The position numbers and the translations under genes are program-made. Below the pieces are notes generated by a model, which did not search any database, had not been told where the DNA came from, and worked only from the letters and a program-made list of their open reading frames with translations. A DNA stretch of 64,000 bases from assembly GCA_028534125.1 (NCBI GenBank), contig CM052822.1, forward strand, positions 44,020,001 through 44,084,000, read 5' to 3'. Positions 13,929 through 26,420 of the stretch are shown piece by piece. Numbering within the stretch: the stretch's first letter is position 1; the number at the start of each line of letters is the position of its first letter. This DNA comes from Lama glama (lineage: Eukaryota).

Positions 13929-14450
13929 TGTATTTGTTTCCTATTGCTGCTGTAATAATTTACACCAACTAGTGGCTTAAAACAATGCAAATTTATTATC
14001 TTACAGTTCTGAAGGAGAGAGGTCAGAAATGCATCTTACTCTAGGCTAAATAAAATCAAGGTGTCGGCAGGGCTGTCTGCGTTCCTTTGGAGACCCTAGG
14101 AAAGAATCCATTTCCTTGCCTTTTCTAGTTTCTAGAGCCTCCTGCACATCAGATACCTACATTTCTACATTTCCTGGCTCACAGCCTCTTCAAACCAGTA
14201 GCGTATCATATTCAAATCTCTCTGATTCTGACCTACTCTTCTGCCTCCCTCTTCCACTTTAAAGGACCTTTATAATTGCATTAAGACCACCTCTATAATC
14301 CAGAATAATGTCCCGATTTTAAGCATCTTATTAGCAGCTTCATTCTTTCTGTAACCTTAATTCCCTCTTGCCATGTAACGTAGCATAGTCAGAGGTCCTT
14401 GGGGATTCCAACGTGAACGTTTTTGTAGGGCTGTTATTGTGCCTACCGCA
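13929..14450 (-). mobile_element. MLT1 (MLT1D-like) solo LTR
   Basis: tgtatttgtttcctattgctgctgtaataatttacacc...aaaatcaaggtgtcggcagggctg...gcctaccgca; both termini recognisable. Confidence 0.88.
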
Positions 14451-17400
14451 GGGGATATGAAAATTTTGGTCTCCCTCCTGAGCAAATGATGGGCCTTCCA
14501 ACCTACTGGTAAGTCTTCAGACTTCAAAAGAAGGCTTGAGACTGTGGTCTCGGGCTGCAGATAAGGAACAAGACTTCCCAGCAGCTCCAGAGAAACTTCA
14601 TCACGAATGTAGTCATGACGGTGGGGAATCAGCATTGCTTTTACTATTCAAAATATTCAGAACAACTGTGGTGGCCTGACCTAAACCCAAGTGGGTATTT
14701 GATCCTCAAAGCCTAGGCTGTATTTACTTGAAGAAATCAGGAGAAGAATAGGGCAGAATTTGAGTTCCTAGGCCACCTAAGAGTCAAAGCTGGGGAAACA
14801 AAGTTCAAACGCAAAATCCATCCAGCAAAAGTAGAGCTGATGCTGTAAGACCAGGCCAATGGCAGAAGCCAAGAATAACAGGGATGGAACTAGAATTTAG
14901 CACCAAAAAGTTGAGCCAATTGAGCTAAAGTGTCCACAGTGCCTATTTGCCGGTGGCCTTCATGGTGTTTTAACAGGTCAGCCTGGCTTAAAGGTACAGA
15001 TTTGGTGACATCATTTTTCTCAGAGAAGAAATTTAAACTACGCCATTGTTTTATTTTCATTTTCTCCCACAAATTGAAGAATCTCAGTGGTTAGAAGATG
15101 AAACTTTGGCCCCATGTCTAACAATAATCCTAACAGCTAACTTTATACTAAAATGTGGATAGTGGGAAAGATTTATGGGATAGAGATGAAGAAAGAAAGG
15201 CACCTTGGCAAATTCTATTTTTCCCAAAAAAAGATCAAGAAGACAAAGCCCACATTTTTATTGTAAACTATTACTGGGTACCAGAATCCTAAAATTCTTC
15301 AGACTTATGAGGCAAGAACCACAGTTATAATACGCTAAAACAAATCAGGGCAGGGTGGAACCATCTTGAGACTTGATCACAAACACGAGTCTCCCTTTCC
15401 ACACCTGTGAACATATTTGATTGGTATGAAAACAAATTCTTTCCATTTGGCCACAAGCTAAGCTAACATAAGAAACATTTCCTTCTGCCGCAGCCCTCTG
15501 CTTCATCCCAGTGCTTGTGTTTCACTCAGGGCCAAATTCAGGGGCGAGACTTCTCCTCACCCTACATGAAGGAAATAGTGTTGAAAGCGAAGTATTGACT
15601 TTTAAGAGAGGAAGGCCTGTTCTCAAGGCCTAAACATTTAGCTGTAAAATGTGTAAACTATATCCTGGAATCCTGGCTGTGGTATGTGTCAAGCTAAGAA
15701 AACAACATGCCATCTCACCACACCACGTAACACAGACTTACAGAGAGATAAACACATACGTATCGAGTTAGTTATGATATGAGAATAAGGGAGCTGTTGG
15801 GAAAACTTCTTCGCTGCTGAAAAATTAGAGCTACCATTGTATAAAAGCTGTCTAAATGTTGGCTTAATATCATGATCGGTTAAGCAGTGGTTATAAAAAT
15901 GCATTGCTGGGAATGTGTAAAGATAAGGGAATATCCTGTTTTTCCATGAGATAGGTTTCTGAAAATGTGTGAAGGAGATTTTTGTAAATGAAATTATGTT
16001 AGGCATACCCTGATCTTAAAATGTGTTTTCTGTAGCACTTATCACCTTCTACCATGGTCTGTAATTTACTTTTTTGTTGCAGTTCTTGTTTATTACAACG
16101 TGCAGATCTTTGCATATGGTGGCCACTGCTGCTGTGGTCGCTGGACCAGGACTCACCTAAAACTTCTACCCCAGGGCTTCCTACACCACACCTGCAGCTC
16201 TCTCCTCTCTACCGCTCCACCCCCAGGCTCAGGGTGCTAACTCTAACACTTTGCTATCCTAAAGGTGTCATAGGGCTCTTCACTTCTCAAACAGGGAAAA
16301 GCTTCTCCCTTTTAACAACACCAGCCCCCAACTGCAATCCCTAGTTGGTGTGATGTTCCCTACACAGATATGCTCTTATTTAAAACCTTAAAAATTTCTC
16401 AATAACTAATACTTAACTGAGCACCTGCTTTGTGCCAGCCACTGTCCTGGGTGCTTAAGATACAAACATAGACAAAAACTCCTGAATTAATTCAGCTAAC
16501 ATTTTTTCAGTGCCCACTGAAATCGATTCCATATTCAGTTCTATAAATCTATCCTGTATCTCTGTGTTTAGATTAAATCTCACATTGAAATTTCAGCCTG
16601 GCCCCAATTTTTGACGTTTGTCTTTGAGATAAGCAGGCACTAGGCCTATAATACTCCAGATCTCTAGGGTTTTTGTTAAAGTATCTTACTTTACACTTAC
16701 TACAAATTAACAGGTGCTCCCCTTCCCTAGGGCCCTAGAAAAGTGATCGTTGAGTGCAAATGTCTTAAGTTGCACAAATCCTGTTGTCATTTCAGTGAGA
16801 CTCCTTACACTCCCAAAGTAACCAAAAAGCCAAATTGAATTATCATAAAATTCTGAAATAAATCTTTTAATCCTTTCAGAAATTTCTGTCAATCAGCTTC
16901 CATCTGACCATACTGGTCTATGATCCACCCATGTGGAAACTCTTGCTGAGGCAAACCATTGGAGGTTTTTAGTTGGAGTGTAATTAATGTGCCAAGTCCT
17001 AATAACTATCATGAAAATATTAGAAAAAGTCAATATAATGAAAAGCTTTCTCTTGTCTCTCTCTTGAAATTCTTCTCCAGCTTAACCCAATTGCCTAAGT
17101 CACTTAGAGGCCTTTAAGCAAAATGAAATCCTAATGATGTCTCTGCCATGAATAATTAATTGTTCATGTACAATCTTCTCAACAAAATCCATTCTCATTA
17201 GATTAGAGGTTTCCTCCAGATACGTGAGTTCATTATGGACATTTTTACCTTCTTCTTGTATCTTTCTTTCTTTGTGCATCTTATCTGTGTCTGTGATCTG
17301 AGATTCCATCACCCTGGCAGCCCTCCAAAGCGAAATAGTTGTAAGGCAATTAAAGACCTTTGAGAAGTGGTAAAATGTCTTACTACTTTAAAACATGGCA

Positions 17401-18716
17401 GCCTAATTGAGAAAGTAAACAACAGTGAAGAACTGAACTTCCAGTGATAAGGAAGGGTGGTTTGTTCTTTCAGGGGGAAGAGAGGAGAAGAGGAGAGTAA
17501 GGAGGCTATGTTTGGCCACCTTCTTAGAAACTGACTTCTTTATCCATGAGTCTTCTGTCTTCCTGAGAAAGCCATGATGATTAGAAAGCCTTGGGGGAAA
17601 AGGAGCATTATAACAACAGAACATCTTCTAATTTCTTTTTGGATGATAAAATGAAAGGTCATATAAGGACACAATGGGAGAAATTTTAGGGGTCATCTCC
17701 CATTCATTTGACAAATAATTCTACTGTCTGTTATATTTCCAGCCAGTGGACCAAATGAACCTTGTCCCTCTCCCCTCATAGCCCTGCCTTTTCAGTCTTC
17801 TCTCCTCCATCCTCACCCATAAGTATGTTCAATTCTTCCAACTGTATTTCTGAAGTGAATCAGATTTAGTAAATATGTGTTTGAATTTTTAAAACTAATC
17901 TAGATGAAGAAAAAGATCTCATCTATAACTTCAAACATGTTTTCTGTTTTTCTCTTAAACTTCAGTTATATGCATTGGATTATGCCTAAATTATTGTTCT
18001 TTTTTCAAAGTAATGGTCTAAAGAACACTTAGGTATAGGATGAACTTGGCAAGTGTTGCTCAGAGATTTTTGTTTCACAATTTTTTCATCAAGCTATACA
18101 CATCCCACTGAAATAATGTTGTGTTCTCTTTTTTTAAATATAGCCTATCATATGCATTTTGAAGTTAAACATAGTCTTTTCAGTCATCATTTTGAAACGC
18201 TGCATGACACTCCACTGAGTAGACTCATTCTACTTTAATAAGCCATGCTCTTTTGTACCCACTTTTCACTACTGTTAATAATACTGCAATGAGCATCTTT
18301 CTGCATACAACTTTTCTAATATTTAGTATTATTTCCATAGGTTCAACTCTTAGAAGTGGAACTACTGAATCAAAGGATAACATTTAGTTTGTTGAGATAT
18401 ATTGTGAAACACTTTCCCAAAACATTGCTCTAATTTATATTCCTGCATATCCTATTCAATTAACAAGATCGATTACCTTCAATTTAAGGTGATCATAATG
18501 TATAGAAGAGGGTATCTCTAAGTGTTTATCATGAAATATATCAAACATACACAAAAGTATATAAAATATATGCAGTTTAAGGAATAATAATAAATTAGCA
18601 CCCATGTATCCATCACCCAGTTCAAGAAATAGATAGGAATAACTTAGAAGCCCCAGTGGTATACTGTAGCAGCTATAGACAGATCTCATAATTTCACTAG
18701 CTCAAAATACATGAAT

Positions 18717-18757
18717 ACACACACACACACACGCACACACACATACACACACACACT
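18717..18757 (+). repeat. (CA)n microsatellite, imperfect
   Basis: Read directly. Confidence 0.9.
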
Positions 18758-20519
18758 TACATCTTGTTCACATCACCATCCATGCAGGCTAAGGAGCTCT
18801 CCTTGACCATCCAGCAGTAATTTAAGACTTTAGGTTGCTTCCATCTTGTAATTCTACCATCCTGGAGGTTTTCTGTTTCCAGTCAAGTATGGCAAATAAG
18901 AGAGAGGGCATGAAGAACTCGTATCTGCTTTTAACTGCCTTTCTTAAGAAGTGACCCATCTCTGCTTTCTTTGGTGAAAACTACCACATGGCTTCAATTC
19001 TGCTATAAAGGAGGTTGGCCGATGTGGTCTTCCTTTATACCCAGACAGCGCTGTCCATTGCACATAGTCTCTGCCACAGTGCCCTTCCCCAAGAGATGAC
19101 CCCTTCCTGACTTTTGTATTCATCACTCTCTTGCTTTTCTTTATAGTTTAAAAAAAATTGACAAGGAAGCACAAACCTGACTGTTTGAGAGAAAGATGAT
19201 ATTGACACTATTTTGTAAAGGCTCCTGAAAGAAGATAAGATAACAAAGTATCTGAGTCATAATCTGGCTTTGACTTCCTTGAATATTTGCAAGAGCTCTT
19301 TCTGGGGATGTCAATGGGCAAGATCATAATGAGTCTTGGAAATCATAAGGATCAACAAGTTTAAAGCATTTGACAGAACTGTAACTTGGACCTTGTACTG
19401 GATGTCCATCATAAATAGAAATTTCAGAGGGAGGAGGCTGCTCTCTAGTTTTTTCCCCTACATTCACAGTGATCTTCTGTCAGCTGTCAGGAGTATTTAA
19501 AAGCTAATCCAAGCATCAAGGCAAAGAGGGGGCACAGGAACTTTGATACTAGGTAGACAGGACAAGCCAAGTGCAAAGAAGAATGGGGGCCAGTCTCACC
19601 CAGACCTTTAGTCCTAAGGTCACAAGGATGGTCCTGAGGCATCAGGGATCTTGGAATTCACAGTTCTCAACATGTTGCCTTCTCTATCTGCAAATGGCTG
19701 CCATCCCGGGAATTTCCTCCATCATCACCCTGTGGATTCTTTTCACCTGTCTCTGATATTGGATCTCCTTTCTCTGCTACTGACTCCAGTATCCCATGGC
19801 TTCTTTTTGTTTGTTTACTCTTTTTCTGTTGTTGTTCCTCAAACATAGTAAGTATAAAGTCTGTAACTCTTAACTCCAATATCTGGAGTCCTGAATGTCT
19901 TTCCAGTTCTCTGGGTTTTTTTCTGCTGGAAACACATCCTCCAGCAGCTTCTTAAGAAAGGATGTGCAGGAGAGGTCAGTTTTTTTTGAGAAAATCCACA
20001 TGCATTTTTGAGGTTACAACATAGTCTTTATAACTGTCATTTAAAAAGATAGTATGACCTCCCATCAAATGGATACACTCTCATTTACCAAACCATGTTC
20101 TTTATAGACATTTATATTGTCTCCCATTTTTTCCTACTATTAATAATGCTGCAATGAGCATCTTTCTGCATCTGGATGCCCACTGTGGACTACGTCCCTC
20201 TGTGGGCACTGTAGAAAAGGAGTCAATTTGCTGGGCACATAGAAGGAGGAGGCAGGAAAGGGAAGCAAAGTGATTGTTTCCCTAAGTATCTGAGGTGCAA
20301 AACAGCCTGCTACAAAACCTAACTTTCTCTAAGGTCTTTATCCCAACTTAATTACACATGCAATTTTGTATTTTAATACATAATTATCTATGATGGTTTT
20401 GACATTAAATAATAGTCTCTTAAATTACTTACTAGGTACCTCATAGGTGGCACCAATTTCGGTTACCACTTTCTGTAAATACCTCCGCATCCACATCCTG
20501 CACAACCCACCTCTCAAAT

Positions 20520-21420
20520 TCCAGTCTTGCCAACTGAAAGCGCTCCCAATGGCCAAGGCTGAAACAATTTGAGCAATAAAATAAAGAAGTTTTGGATTAA
20601 AACCCATAATATAAAATAAATAGATATTCATGAGTTTATACTGACATAAATGATTGAAAAAATAAATGGGAGAGAAGAGGCAAATCTCCCACGTAGAAAA
20701 ATTCTAAATAATATATGTAGATACTCCGCCCTCAAAGTGGTAGAGCAAAACTCCCTACTCCTTAAATGTGGACTACATGTGGTGACTTCCTTCCAAAGAG
20801 AACCAGGTAGAAAGGGAGGAAGTAAGAGGAACTTTATAGTGGAGAAATCTAACAGACGCCGCCTCAGCTGGGTGGTCAGGGTCAACGCCCAAGAGTGATG
20901 GATAGTTCATGTTGATGGTGTGTGCTCTTGAGATGATGTGAAGAAAATGTCACTTTCACCTCTGTGCTCTTCCCTAAAAGAAAAAATCAGGATCCCATTC
21001 TGATCGTAAGAAAAATATCTGACAAATCCTAAATGACAGACATCCTATAAAATACCTGACCAGTACTCCTCAAAACTGTCAAGATCACCACAAAGTTGCA
21101 AAAATAGTGAGAAATGGTCACAGCCTAGAGTGGTTTAAGTAGACGTGACAACTAAATTTCATGTGACACCCTAGAGAGGATTCTAGAACAGAAAAGGGAC
21201 ATTAGGTAAAGACTAAGGAAGTCTGAATAAAATATGAACTTCAGTTAATAACAATATATCAATATTGGTTCATTAATCACAACAGATGTACCATATTAAT
21301 GTAAGATGTTAATAATAAGGGAGACTAGGTGCAGGTGTGTGGGAACTCTGCATACTTTCTAATTTTTTTGTAAATCTGAACTTCTAAAAGTTTATTTTTT
21401 TTAAGTTAAAGAAAAAGGTC
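20520..21420 (+). mobile_element. old L1 3' UTR (L1MC/L1MD-type)
   Basis: tacctgaccagtactcctcaaaactgtcaag...gaacagaaaagggacattaggt...gatgttaataataagggagactagg...gggaactctg. Confidence 0.8.
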
Positions 21421-22258
21421 AATGAAACATTAAGCAGTTGAGGCCATTTTAATCTATATGTTTTAGTTTTAGCCACTAATGATTAAATCCCTGTAATAAA
21501 AGACAAGGATTGAAGAAAAATATCTCCCAAGAGAATTGCTAAGTAAGGCTTAAGGCAAAAGGTGCCATCTTGTTATCAAACACTGTGGTCTCATCAGTGA
21601 ATTTTCTGCTAATTTGTCCTAAAGAAGAGGCTGTCAAAAATTTAAAGGACCCTTGCCTGAAAAATAGTGGTCTTATTCAAGCATCAGGAGCCAACTTTTG
21701 GCATAGAAAGACAGTGAGACAACAATGCTTTTTTTTTTTTTAACAATGCTTAACTCTTTCAGAAACCATCTAATTCTCTGATGCCCCTCACAGCACCCTT
21801 GAGTCACCTATACAAGTGGTTATTTTTATTCTCTATATTTTTCTACTAGAAATGTTCCGTAATAATGTTAAGGAAATGTTTTCGTAAATTTTCCTCTATT
21901 CAGCTTTCAATTTTGAAATAATTTGACTTGACAAACAGTTGCAAAAATAATTCAAAGAATTCTTGTACACCTTTCACCCAGCTTCCCAAAATGTTAACAT
22001 TTTCAATAGCCACAGAGTCCAATGATCAAAAGCGAGAAATTAACTTGAAGCAACATTATTAACTAATCTACAGACTATATTCAAATGTCACCAGTTGTCC
22101 CACCGATGTGCTTTTTCTGGTCCAGGATCCCACATTGCATTTAGTTTCCATGTCTTCAGTCTGAAGCAGTTCCTTAGTCTTTCTTTGTCTTTGATGCTCT
22201 GAACAGTTTTGAAGAGTCAAAGTAAAACAAACCCATCAAGTTTATGACTATCTCATAC

Positions 22259-22338
22259 TATCAAATACTGTGGTCTTATCAGTGAATTTTCTGCTAATTT
22301 GTCCTAAAGTAGAGGCTGTCAAAAATTTAAAGGACCCT
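22259..22338 (+). repeat. 80-bp direct duplicate of 21574-21653
   Basis: 77/80 identical, ungapped, compared by eye. Confidence 0.93.
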
Positions 22339-22895
22339 CAAACAGTTTTACTAAAGGAAGCTCTTCGGATAGTTGCCAGCATGTCAGGAAAGAGCCTTGA
22401 TATGGGTTCTAATCCCAGCTGACTCTGTAATGTCAAGCAGGTCCCCAGGAGGGGCAGGAGGCAGATAGGAAAGTGGCTAAGCACAGACGGGCTGTTTCCC
22501 AACAGGATTACTGAGTTTTTAAATCTGCAGTCTTCTGAACATTACTGCAGTGCCAAGCTCCTAGATGCCCGGACCCCTCACCTCACTAGCAGGAATTTCT
22601 GAGGTAGGGGACCCATTGTGGGTAAGTGTGTGCCCACGTCCACTCACCAGGGCTTGGTGCAGCCAGGAGCTCAGCCCAAGACTGAGAAAAGCCTAGGCTG
22701 TCAGTATTCTACGCCCTGCAGCTGCCTTCCCAGCCCCACTCTCCACCTTCCCAGAGTTTAGCACCAAGGACTAGTGAGGGGTTCCTCTGTCCACAGTTTC
22801 TCATGCTGCTGTGAGGTAGCATCCTGCCCGTCAGTGTCCCGACTCTGAAATAACCTTCTTCTGGGCCCATAGCACTTGAGATGTATGGTGTTATA

Positions 22896-22909
22896 CCACC
22901 ATCTAGTGC
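22896..22909 (-). promoter_or_regulatory. candidate CTCF site
   Basis: Minus strand gcactagatggtgg resembles the core CCASYAGRKGGCRS and lies in a non-repetitive, GC-richer patch. Motif only. Confidence 0.4.
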
Positions 22910-23747
22910 TAAAAGTACTAAAGTGCAGCATTATCCCTGCCTCACTAGTCACGCCTTTGAAGATACAATCAGTAATTTAGCAGAGGCTGACAACCTTGAA
23001 GAAGCAACACACCAAGATTTAATCAGTTTACTCTAATTTTGTGGCGTAACAAGCCAATGTTGTGTATTGGGAAGAGGCAATGGAGTCAAATGGACCAGGA
23101 GAGAATCTCTTCTCTGTTTTTACTCAGAGTGACTTGTTAAGTCTCTGAATGTCCCTAAACATCATTTTCCTCATATTTAAAATGGGGCTAATAATATCTA
23201 CAAGTAAGTTTCTTTTAACATACCTAGATGAATACCGGGGTTCATAGTAGACCCGTCAATAAACATGTATTCCTTCTTATGATCCCCTCTAACCCCTTGT
23301 GCACAATTTCCATGACAACCTAGAGTCATCGAAATGGAAGGGCTGGGTCATGAGGTTCGATAATGTATATCCAAAAAGTTGAACAGACTGTAAAATCCAA
23401 AGACAATATTGCATACTGTTTAGAGCAGGGACTCTGGGAGGCAGCTGCCTTGTTTTGAATTCCAGCTCTGCTAGTTGCTGGTTTTTCCATCTGTAAAATA
23501 GAAATGGTAATAAAGATACCTACCTCCCAGGGTTGTTGTGAGGATTAATACCTGCAAAGCATTTAGAACAGTAAGCATTTGATAAGCGTGATCAATTATT
23601 AATAACATTTCCTAATGATGTCATCATCTTCCAAAAAGCAGGGGTGGGGAGGCGCCTAGCCAACATGTATTTGACTTACAAAAGAAAATGTTACATGTTG
23701 CATTTCTTGTCCTTTTGAATCCTACTACTCCATCCCTCAAGTTTTCA

Positions 23748-23805
23748 TACACACATGCACACACACACATACACACACGCACACATGCGCACACATACAC
23801 ACACA
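23748..23805 (+). repeat. (CA)n microsatellite, imperfect
   Basis: Read directly; explains spurious ORF 23624..23806. Confidence 0.9.
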
Positions 23806-24024
23806 TTCTGTCTTCAAATACTTACTTTGAATCTGGTGCCTCTTGACTGAGTTACTTTCCTGGTCCGTCACTTAAGCTGAAGCAGTGCCTGGGCATCCTT
23901 TCTGAGCTTCATAAACAGCTCAAAGGCCTCAGTGAGCTGCACATCCTGGTAAAGTGAACAGTTATCATTATGAAAGATCCCTCTTACTCTAGTAATGCTT
24001 TTTACCTTAGGAGTCTGCTTTGGA

Positions 24025-25920
24025 TGCTAAATACACCAGTTTCCTGTTGGTTAATACTTGCATAAGAAGTCTTTTTCTATCTTTTTACTTTCAACCTTTC
24101 TGTATTTTTATTTTTAAGGTATGCTGTTTTTAAGTCTCATAGAATTAGATTTTGTACCTTATCCAAGATGACAATATTGTATGCACGTTGTAATATTTAG
24201 TCCATTTGTGCTTCATGTAAATATTGATGCATTTGGATTTAAATCTACCTTCTTAATTTTTTTCCCTATTTGTCCCCATCTATTCTATTCTATTTTTCTC
24301 CTTTCTTGCCGCCTTTGGATTTTTTTTTTAAATTTCGTATTCATATTATCTTGTTAGTTTTATATTCTTTTATTATTTTTCAGAAAATATCATAGAAATT
24401 GACACATGCACCCTGCTTTGTTCATTTCTGATATAAATTAGTGCCTTCACCATTTCTAAGACAGTTCAAGGACCTCAGAATACTCGATTCCTAATTTACC
24501 TCCCATCAGACTTATATGCTATTTTTGTCATGTATTTTAGTTCTTTATACATGTAAGACCCCATAAAGCATAAATGTATTGTTTTATGGCACTATTCTTT
24601 TAGATTTATGCACATATTTACCTTTCCATTGCTTTTCAATTCCTTTCTGCATCTCCAAGCTGTGATCTGTAATAATGTCCCTTTTGCCCAAACACCCATT
24701 AGTATTTTCCTTTAGTACTTCTAGTACTTTCCAGTGGTGACAAATTCTATTTTTATTTGCCTGATAATGTCTTTTGAAGGGTATTTTTGCTGCATGTAGT
24801 CTTCCATGTTGGCTGTTGTTTTCTGTAAACTCTTTGAAAATACTGCCTATTAGGTTTACTTATTGTTGCTCCCTTAAAAGTGATCTATATTTTCCTCTGG
24901 CTACTTTTAAAATTTGTTTTTCAGTAGTCTTACTATAAAGTAATTAGTTGTGATTTTCTTTCCATTTATCCTGCTTGGAAGCCAATAAATAGTATTTCTT
25001 ACATCTATAGCTCAATATCTTTCATCAGTTTTGGAAAATTCTTAGCCATTATCTCTTCAAATATTGTGTCTGCCCAATTCTCCCTCAGCATCATTCTGGG
25101 TATTTTTTGACCTTTCAGTTCACTAATTCTCTCTTAAACTCTGACCAAGTTATCTACTGATTCCTTAATTTCTGCTATATTATTTTTCGGTTATAGAATT
25201 TTCTTTTTATATAATTCCTAGTTCTTTGCTGAACTTTTTCCATCTTGTCATTAAAATCCTTGAACATTTTAACCATAGTTATCAGAAGTTCTCTGTCAGA
25301 TAATGCAAAATATCTGAATTTTCTGAGGGTCTATCTTTCACTTTCTCCTTTTTAGTCAAATCTTATGTCTCTGTATTTCTAGTTATTTTCTATTGATCAA
25401 CAGACTTTGAAAAAATTATAGAGAACATTTGAGAAATTGCATGTTATCTTTCTTTAGAGAGGATTTATTTTTGCTTGTGTCTGTCCACTAGGTTTGGGGC
25501 CAGTTTCCTCATTCAGTTAGGGACTGAGGTGATTTGGGGCTGGGTTTCAGTCCTTGTGAGGACAGACCCATTTCCAACTCACCTTCACTCAAGGGGTAGC
25601 CCTTTTGGGTTCCAGTAGAAAGCCTGGGGTGTTTGAAGAACACCACTTCTTGGTACAGCCAGAACTCTAATTTTTGTTTCCTGTGAGTCTACCAGAAACC
25701 TTGCTCAGCTCCTCAGTCACTTGCTCTTGAATTAGCAAGTGTTTTGAGGGTTAAAAATGTGGCACCAAATGTAGGTCTCACCTGTGTGGAATATTGGCCC
25801 TTGCTTTCTTGATAACTCTCTTATGCCTTAATAGATATCTATATTCTGACTTTTCTAGTTTTCTCAGCAGAGGGGTTGGTGCAAAACAAGCTAAGCACCC
25901 ATTGCTGGAAGACGAAGTCT
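24025..25920 (-). mobile_element. ancient L1 (L1ME/L1M-type) body, antisense
   Basis: T-rich tract with cttttactttcaacc and ttcatcagttttggaaaattcttagccattatctcttcaaatatt, hallmark old-L1 motifs. Confidence 0.75.
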
Positions 25921-25954
25921 CCATGTACTTTATTTGAATAGTTAATTTTAAGGA

Positions 25955-26420
25955 ATTCAAGTTCTGAAGTAAAATAGACTTGATTCTGTCATTTACTAGC
26001 TATATGATTTTAAGTGAGCTATTTAACTTCTTTGAGTCTTAGTTTTCTCATCTGGAAAATGGAAGTAACAATAGCAACTACCTTGAGTTGTTTTAAGGAT
26101 TTTTTTTCCAGGTAGCAGGTTCTTTAATAGGTAAACTGCAGAGCACGCTACAGGGAATGGGGGCATCCATCAAATGGAACAGATTAGGATAAGGATTTGT
26201 GCTTAAATACAGGTATAGGGGGAGGATATAGCTCAGCGGCAGAGTGAATGCTTAGCATGCATGAAGTCCTGGGTTCAATCCCCAGTACCTCCATTAAAAA
26301 TAAATGAATACATGTAATTACCTACCCTCCTCCCCACAAAAAGACTGAGACATCATTAAATGCAGGTATAGTACTCAGCACAGAATCAGGAATATAGCAA
26401 ATGTTTGACTGTTAGTAATA
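25955..26420 (+). mobile_element. MIR SINE interrupted by two later insertions
   Basis: ctgtcatttactagctatatga...agttttctcatctggaaaatgg up to 26100, resuming near 26371 (tactcagcacagaatcagg). Confidence 0.72.
26218..26355 (+). mobile_element. tRNA-derived SINE, Vic-1-like (camelid)
   Basis: ggggaggatatagctcag (A box) ... gggttcaatcccc (B box) ... A-rich tail. Target-site duplication ttaaat(a/g)caggtata at 26203-26217 and 26356-26370. Confidence 0.88.

Noticed and set aside
26218-26292. tRNA-like sequence with A and B boxes (also at 31146 and 45159)
   Set aside because: Followed by a SINE body, A-rich tail and TSDs, so these are SINE heads rather than tRNA genes.
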